64,000 nt of DNA. Origin: a virus. Lineage: Duplodnaviria > Caudoviricetes. The notes under the pieces are model-generated. The model was not told the DNA's origin. It made no database searches and was given only the letters and a program-made list of their open reading frames with translations. The translations under genes and the position numbers were made by a program. Below are positions 57,646 through 64,000 of this stretch, in pieces. The DNA is taken from positions 20,047 to 84,046 of the IMG/VR virus record IMGVR_UViG_3300037483_000925. One strand, written 5' to 3'. Numbering within the stretch: the first letter of the stretch is position 1; each line of letters opens with the position of its first letter.

Positions 57646-58302
57646 ATGATCCAATCCCTCCGCCACCGGCTTGAGCAAGAGAAAGGGCGCCTGACCCAGG
57701 TACTTGCTGACAAGGATCAGGCCCAAAATAGGCTTGATACCCTGGCCCAGGACAGGCTCCGAATCGAGCAGGGGATACTCATTCTTCAGACCGTGGCCGA
57801 GGCTGTCCAGGGCCGGCTGTCATACTTCATCAACGACAATGTCACGGCCGCCATCGAGGCCGTATTCCCGGACGACGACTGGGCCTTCCTTTTGGAGTTC
57901 GTCCAGCGCCGGGGTTCCACGGAAGCGGACTTGTGGCTGGTGGATCCCAAAGGCAACAGGATCAGGCCCAAGGACGCCGAAGGCGGGGGCCTGGTCAACG
58001 TCGTGGCCTTCGCCCTGCGGGTGGCCCTCTGGTCTTTGTCCAAGTCCAGCAGGCCCGTATTCTTGCTGGACGAGCCGTTCCATTTCCTTCATGGCCGGGG
58101 TGACCATGCTCGGGTGGCGGAACTGCTCAGGACCATATCTGAAGGACTTGGACTCCAGATTATCATGGTAACGGGCGAGGACGAGTCCGAAGAGATCGTG
58201 GCCGGGGCTGACAAGGTGTTCGAGGTCAGGAAGATCAAGGGTGTATCCCAAGTCAGGAAAAGGCAAAAGTCCCCCGCCCCCGGCCCGTTGAACCGGGGGT
58301 AA
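57646..58302 (+). CDS. SbcC/Rad50-like ATPase, C-terminal half
   Basis: AEGGG signature, FALRVALW, FLLDEPF Walker B, IIMVT. Confidence 0.88.
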   Translation: MIQSLRHRLEQEKGRLTQVLADKDQAQNRLDTLAQDRLRIEQGILILQTVAEAVQGRLSYFINDNVTAAIEAVFPDDDWAFLLEFVQRRGSTEADLWLVDPKGNRIRPKDAEGGGLVNVVAFALRVALWSLSKSSRPVFLLDEPFHFLHGRGDHARVAELLRTISEGLGLQIIMVTGEDESEEIVAGADKVFEVRKIKGVSQVRKRQKSPAPGPLNRG

Positions 58303-58324
58303 GGCGGGAAGGTAGGAAAATCTA

Positions 58325-58741
58325 ATGGCAGAATTATATTGCGGTGCTTGCGGAGATTCATTTAGAAACGGGGCAGAGTTAATAACTCACCATAATTCAT
58401 GTAATGCAGCAAGGGTCTTGCTGCCAATGGTCTGGATGGTATGGGGTGGCAAGGATAATTTTCATGAAACCGCTGCCTTCATAGTCGCCATCAAGAAATC
58501 CATTTCTTTGATCAGGAAATATGCCCGGGCCATCGCCAATGATATGGATACTATTAAGCGGGCTGAAATTCATAGGGAACTTTGTGATAGTTTGGATCTC
58601 CCCCGGAAAGATTTCCAGCCTTTCGAGAGTTCTGAGATTAAAGAGATTCCAGATCAAGAACAAGCCGAATCTATAATCTGGAACGCCATAAGTCGTGTTC
58701 CATCAAGACTTGGCATGATTAAGAATCTGGCTTCCCCCTGA
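58325..58741 (+). CDS. Hypothetical protein with an N-terminal C2H2-like finger
   Basis: CGAC...F.....L..HH..C. Confidence 0.6.
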   Translation: MAELYCGACGDSFRNGAELITHHNSCNAARVLLPMVWMVWGGKDNFHETAAFIVAIKKSISLIRKYARAIANDMDTIKRAEIHRELCDSLDLPRKDFQPFESSEIKEIPDQEQAESIIWNAISRVPSRLGMIKNLASP

Positions 58742-58826
58742 GACCACTTGGTTCAGGTCAAGCCCCGCACTTAACCACAACCGCCCCGGAGCCTGATGCC
58801 GGGTTCCGGGGGGAGGGAGGGGTGAG

Positions 58827-61502
58827 ATGGTAACGTGGCAAAGTTTTTCCAGCCATAATTTTTCGTGGAAAGTCGAATGGGGGAGATGGACCATTGGGTT
58901 TCACTATTACTCTTACAAAGGAAAGTCTTTATGGAATAGGGGTTTTGAAATATTGATTCCTGTATTTTCGGTACTTTGGAGTCAACTGCTGCAAAATATA
59001 GATGACCCTGCCTTTGTTAAAGAACATCTTTTTGAAGAGGATGAATAATATGGAAAGAGAAGCCGAAAGTAAATCAAAAATCGTGATGGAAGAAAAGGAA
59101 GATTTGTGTGAACTCCAAGCCGAAAATGTTATATTGAGGGAAATCTTACATAAATATTTTGTTAGGTATGGCCCTTGGGATGGCCCAAACGGGAGAGCTC
59201 ATTGCCGCTTTTGTGGTAAATCTTACAACGATGTTGAAAGAGAAGAGGGTCATTACAAGGACTGTCTTTGGAATCAAACTCGGATAAAGTTATTTAAGGG
59301 GTAAGGAAATAAGGAGGAACGCCATGAAACTCAAAACCATCGGCACCATCAGTTTCACCCCAGACCCAGACACGTCCCCATCCCTCCGGGCCGCTCTCTC
59401 CGAATTCTCCGCCGCCCTCGGGGAGATGGAGGTGGAGATCGTGGAGGCGGTGTTGGGGATGGAGATTGGGAAGAGGTTGGACTTCGAGAAGGGAGGAAAA
59501 GATGGGAAGATCAATCATTTCAATCGTTCTTGATCTATTGGATATGGCTTACGATCTATTGCAACAGTATGTAACAGAGGATTATGTGGATTCTCTGATA
59601 ATGCTCAGGGATACTATGCAGCATATCCGGGATGGAATGAACGAGAAATAATCAAAAGGAGATAACATGGAAACCTGCCCGAAGTGCGGAGCGGTAATTT
59701 TTAGTCCTGGTCAATTTCGATGCAATTCGCTTCTTCTTGAGGATGGGAATATTATTCAGTCCATAACCTGCACCTATCGCCAGATCGCCGCCCTCACCAC
59801 CCAGCTTGAGACCCAGGGGAGGGAACTGGAGGTGGCAGCGAAATTACTCCTCCAAATTCCCCATTTCCTTGACGACAGTTTAGAGGAACTCGACGAAGAA
59901 ATAGTTACCTGGCTCAACCGTTACAACAAGGCGAAGAAGGTCAAGGAGGCCGGGGATGGGAGGTAATACTGGTAGAAAGAAAAACCAAGCAGCATTTTTC
60001 GCGGTGGCCACAATCTTTTTTTTAGGTTTTGTGTGTGGGTTAATCGTAGGGTATTTAATTTAAGGAGGCCCAAAATGCCAACACTTGAATTAATAGCCCA
60101 AATAGATTGGCTTGAGAAAGAGAATGCCGCCCTGGAGCAAAGGTTGGCGGTGGCGGAGAACCTATTCAGCCGATCTTTAGATTGTGGCGGTTTATGCGTT
60201 GATTGCAGAAGAGCCATAGATAAATGGCTTCTGCACCAGCCCGGAGAATGGGTGGCGGTGAGGAGGGCAGACTTGGAATTAATTACAGGTAGTTTAGATT
60301 TCTCCAAAATAAAAAATGGAGACAACCTTTTGGAGTTCCTTGAAGATCAGATAAGTGCTATAGGCCGCCTCAAAACCGCCCTCGAAACCGGGGAGGAGCC
60401 CAAATGACCCAATGCGCCAACCCTAACGCTCCCATCGAAAAGTGTGTAATTTGCGGGATAGAAGTCCATACTTGCGAGCGCGATATTCCGTTAGATGATG
60501 TTGATTATCTCTGCCCAGTCCACCCTGATGGCTGTGAACTTTATGGTGGTGGATGGGTTTGTTCTGATGAGTGCTGGGATATAAAAGTTGAGGAGGCTGA
60601 ATCCAAATGACCCCCACCATCGAAGAGAAGCGCAGAGCGTTGGCCGAGTGGTTTGGGTGGAGCATGAAACCCGCCCATTCCTTTGACTATGGGTGGAGAA
60701 AGCCATACCACATTCCAGATCAATATTGGTCAGGTGATAAACTAATCTGCGATGTCAAGGATTGGACCCCCGACCTGGAAATCAAACAAGCCATCGGAAA
60801 TAAACCCGGAACGATAGTAGGAGAATTGCACCGGAAAGGATACTGGTTCTCCCTAAACCTTAATTCCTGCATGGAGGATGACAAGCCGACAGATGATGGA
60901 TATTTCTTCGCTGAGTTTTACAAAGGGGAAGTGGGATGGAGCGGCTATGGCGACACTCCCGAGATGGCTACTTTCAACGCAGCTTGGGCGGTGAAGGAAG
61001 GGGAGGGGAAATGAACCAAGATAACGAGTTAATTCCTATTGTTGAAGACGATCAAGGTGAAGGGTTTAAAGACCCTATTGAACATGAAGAAGCTCTGATT
61101 GCTTGGGGAAAAACAAATGCAGAAATTGCAGCAGGCGCAAACAAGAAAGCGTCATACAAGGAAACCCAAATGACCCCCGAAGAGAAACTCCAGATCGACC
61201 GCCAACTGGCAGAATGGCCGATGGGGTATCACCTGGTCTGCTCACCAGATTGTGATAAGCATCCTCTTCCTTATGTCGAAGATAAAAATGGCAAACGATT
61301 TAGTTTTAATCCCACCACCAACCCTGCCCAGGCGTTGCAGGTTGCGGAGTCGATGATAGAGAAGGGATTTGAGTTCGATCTATATGCAAGAGAACCTAAG
61401 TCATGGGTAGCTGGGTTTGGTTTTGATACGTGGAGTAATGCACCCACACCCGAACTTGCTACCTGCCTTGCGGCACTGGAGGCGGGGAAGGAGAAGAGAT
61501 GA
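58827..61502 (+). other. Run of about 10 small accessory ORFs (60-135 aa)
   Basis: Tightly packed ORFs with RBSs and ATGA overlaps (for example 59324, 59667, 60404, 60607, ~61012, ~61170); several have CxxC motifs; no family recognised. Confidence 0.55.
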
Positions 61503-61749
61503 AGAACCCTAAAGACTATAACTTGCAAACAGCCGTATTGTATTCTGTGTTATGTGGTTTTTGTTTTCTAGGTGCTTGTTTTACAAAATAAAACTGTCCC
61601 CCTAACCGGCGGCCTCCCCTCCCAGACGCAGCCGCTATGGTCCATCAACCGACAGGCCACACCCCCCAACCAGTACCAGCAGGGGACAGTCAGATCGGCT
61701 TTGGGCAGGGACAGGTAGGGATCAGGGCTGTATTCCTGGCAGATCCTCG

Positions 61750-61974
61750 TCACCGCCTCAGATAATCCCGGTAGATTCCGTTCCACTCTATCTCCCGCTT
61801 CTCTATAATCACTTGAACCCCAACCGGCAGTCCCCGGAACTGGGCCTCTGAGAGTTTGTGAGAAGGTTTGGGCAGGTGTTGCAGTGCCGGGCTACTTTCT
61901 ATCTTCTCCGGCCCTACTTGAATTCTTGGCTGGCACGATAAGACCGAGATCAGCGCAATGATTAACGCGCTCAT
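61750..61974 (-). CDS. o-spanin-like lipoprotein
   Basis: MSALIIALISVLSC lipobox, Pro-rich; overlaps the upstream TM gene. Confidence 0.6.
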   Translation of the reverse strand: MSALIIALISVLSCQPRIQVGPEKIESSPALQHLPKPSHKLSEAQFRGLPVGVQVIIEKREIEWNGIYRDYLRR

Positions 61975-62122
61975 CAGCAGTCTCGCTATCAACCCGGTCG
62001 ATTTCCGCCTGGGCCTCTTCGGTAATCTCATCCTGGGCCTCCTGCCGTTCCTGTTTGCGTTCCCTCCAGTAAGTTAGCAGAGCCGACCAGAGGGAGAGTA
62101 AGAACCTCCAGAGGGATTTCAC
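61892..62122 (-). CDS. i-spanin-like protein
   Basis: N-terminal hydrophobic segment followed by a charged coiled coil. Confidence 0.55.
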   Translation of the reverse strand: MKSLWRFLLSLWSALLTYWRERKQERQEAQDEITEEAQAEIDRVDSETADERVNHCADLGLIVPAKNSSRAGEDRK

Positions 62123-62324
62123 GCCCGTCTCCTCAACGGCTGTACCGCCTCATACTTAAACTGAACCCCAGTTGCCCGGACAAAATAAAGATTCCGGTGA
62201 TAAAACGGTTTAGACCTTATGGCAAGCCCATGGTAATGGCGCTGAGTGAAAAAGCATTGAGGGTTAAGACAGTAAATTTTATTCCCACTGCTTCGCCACC
62301 AGGTAGGCGCTGTGTAATCCCAGG

Positions 62325-62621
62325 TCAGCATATTTTTCCTGTTTTCTTCATAGCTTTTAAACCAATCGCAAAACATTTGGCTATGTCTGGATTTCCACTA
62401 TTAATTTCTTCAGCCATTTTATCTGCCGCCTCATCTAAGGCATGGCATCTTTCTATCAATTCCTTTATTCTGATTATCTCAGCCTCAAGACGAGCAGATA
62501 TTTCAGACAAAAGCTGAAATTCAGAATCTCGGCTAAACTCAGTACCGCCCTCAAGGGCTTTCCATTTTCTATCGCTTGGCCTACGCGATTGCAGATTTGG
62601 TTCGATGATTTCATAGATCAT
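62325..62621 (-). CDS. Hypothetical protein
   Basis: ATGA-coupled to the upstream ORF. Confidence 0.5.
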   Translation of the reverse strand: MIYEIIEPNLQSRRPSDRKWKALEGGTEFSRDSEFQLLSEISARLEAEIIRIKELIERCHALDEAADKMAEEINSGNPDIAKCFAIGLKAMKKTGKIC

Positions 62622-62727
62622 TTCATTCTCCTTATCATCCGTTCATGTTGCCAGCACTCCCACCACCAGCGCACCGGGAGCTTGGCAAGCAGGTAGCCGA
62701 GGCAGAGGCCGAGGAGGAAGTAGGTCA

Positions 62728-63525
62728 TCATTCCCCTATCCTCTTGAACGCCAGCCCTTTCAAACACTCCAGATGGGGGAATTGAGCGTAGTTGTTGACC
62801 CGGAGCCACTGCCGGGCAAAGTAGATGGTATCACTCCGGGTCCGCAGTTCCCCGTCCTTCCCCTTAATCGAATATAACAGGGCCGCAGTGAAGGCCCCCT
62901 GAAAACGTCCGTCAATGTAGGCATCGGCAGAGGTGGAGTCAGCATCGCACCCGGACCAAAGGACCGACTCAGGCAACCGGCCCTGGGGATTTCCCAAGAG
63001 CTTAGAGGGGGCTTTCCTGAAATCTGGGTTCGGGGGAAGCAGGATCTTGGCTCGGCCATAGGTCAACCCCATCTCCCGGAGCATAGTCTGAGAATGGCAA
63101 CTGTCGAAAAAACACTCCAGCCGAGTGTCCCCGGGAAGGCTGTAGGCGAATTTATATAGCCAGTCGTCGTCGATAAAGCCCTGGGACCAGGTTTCGCCAT
63201 TATCTCGGATATCAGTTGCGCATAAGATTTCGTCGAGCCCGTCAACCTCATCACCGTCTCTGTCTGGGACATTTGACCCATGAGATGAATGGCTGTAGAG
63301 GATGGCCTCCACGTCTCCCTGAAGGGCCTTCTCACGCATGTCCAGCAGGGTATCCTTGATGCGCTGTTCCTCTGCCTGGAAGTCAGTCAGGACCACGGGG
63401 GTCTCGGCACCTATCTCGTTATGGAAGAAGAGGCGCATCTTGGAGGCATCGTTAATACAACCCCTTAAGGTGCTGTCCGGGGAGAAGCGGTATTGGTTGA
63501 TGCCGACGCAGAGTGCTAATTTCAT
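62728..63525 (-). CDS. Caspase-like protease (peptidase C14, orthocaspase/metacaspase type)
   Basis: ALCVGINQY, LRGCINDA, SHSSHG (His), FDSCHS (Cys), GAFT.AL, Q.PHL. Confidence 0.9.
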   Translation of the reverse strand: MKLALCVGINQYRFSPDSTLRGCINDASKMRLFFHNEIGAETPVVLTDFQAEEQRIKDTLLDMREKALQGDVEAILYSHSSHGSNVPDRDGDEVDGLDEILCATDIRDNGETWSQGFIDDDWLYKFAYSLPGDTRLECFFDSCHSQTMLREMGLTYGRAKILLPPNPDFRKAPSKLLGNPQGRLPESVLWSGCDADSTSADAYIDGRFQGAFTAALLYSIKGKDGELRTRSDTIYFARQWLRVNNYAQFPHLECLKGLAFKRIGE

Positions 63526-63821
63526 GATATTTTCCTCTCATGTGGAACCTTTGGATTAAATTTGATAGAACAATTATTAAACCAGGGCAATCCACGTTCC
63601 ACCCTAAAAGTAACAACAATTTCGTAGTCTCTAAAACCATTGTTATAAAGTAGGTCATGCAGTCTTTTCAATTCCCCATCGAAAAGCAAATCTAACTCGA
63701 TTTCCATATCATGACCGCAGGAACAGGTAGTATTGAAGCCGTTATCTCGGAGCAATTTAACCGCGGGTCTGATCGGTTCTTCGATAAATTCTTCGATCCA
63801 ACTACTCATAGAACCCCCCAC
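63522..63821 (-). CDS. Hypothetical protein
   Basis: IRPAVKLLRDNGFNTTCSCGH; ATGA-coupled to the caspase-like gene. Confidence 0.6.
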   Translation of the reverse strand: MGGSMSSWIEEFIEEPIRPAVKLLRDNGFNTTCSCGHDMEIELDLLFDGELKRLHDLLYNNGFRDYEIVVTFRVERGLPWFNNCSIKFNPKVPHERKIS

Positions 63822-64000
63822 CTCACCATAGCAAACAAGATGCTATGTTGGCTTTTGGAGAATTTGATAGCGTTATGCGCCAAAGTCCGCCCCTGGTCTA
63901 TCTGCTCCCTGCGCCGGGGCCAAGGGACCGGGCGGTAGGGGCCGGACCATATCTGCCAGCAGTGCCATAGAAAGGTGGTCATATATCTATCTCCACCTTT

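Noticed and set aside
1-64000. Genome-wide stop-codon reassignment
   Set aside because: TGA, TAA and TAG all act as normal stops in many coupled ATGA/GTGA junctions. Only one motif-breaking TGA was found.

Overview
This window is about 64 kb of a GC-rich tailed dsDNA bacteriophage (Caudoviricetes-type). The host is probably Gram-negative, since overlapping spanin-like genes are present. The thymidylate synthase type and a selenocysteine-like signal hint at a Sec-using anaerobe such as Desulfobacterota, which is an inference. Transcription diverges from an AT-rich region at about 24.3-24.5 kb. The leftward arm holds terminase, portal, a MuF/gp7 head protein, scaffold, major capsid, Ser/Pro-tailed capsid-adjacent proteins, fibre or spike proteins and a glycosyl/methyltransferase cassette that runs off the left edge. 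The rightward arm holds a sigma-like factor, SF2 helicase, primase, a replication protein with 22-bp repeats, a variant thymidylate synthase, a DNA methyltransferase, a replicative helicase, a 7-deazaguanine cluster (queD, queE, queC, PRTase-folE, DpdA-like), a Pol III-type replisome (clamp, DnaE-UDG fusion, clamp loader) and T4-like recombination genes. The last 2.5 kb is minus-strand again, with spanins and a caspase-like protease. No integrase, tRNA, rRNA or CRISPR array was recognised. Two systems stand out. (1) The MuF gene has an in-frame UGA exactly at a conserved Cys, followed by a bacterial SECIS-like hairpin, so its C-terminal ADP-ribosyltransferase-like toxin domain may be made only when Sec is inserted. 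(2) The DpdA-like barrel appears to lack its first two strands and is followed by six tiny variant ORFs that resemble the missing module, four of them carrying G7-G8 tracts. All assignments are motif-based by eye; no database searches were run.
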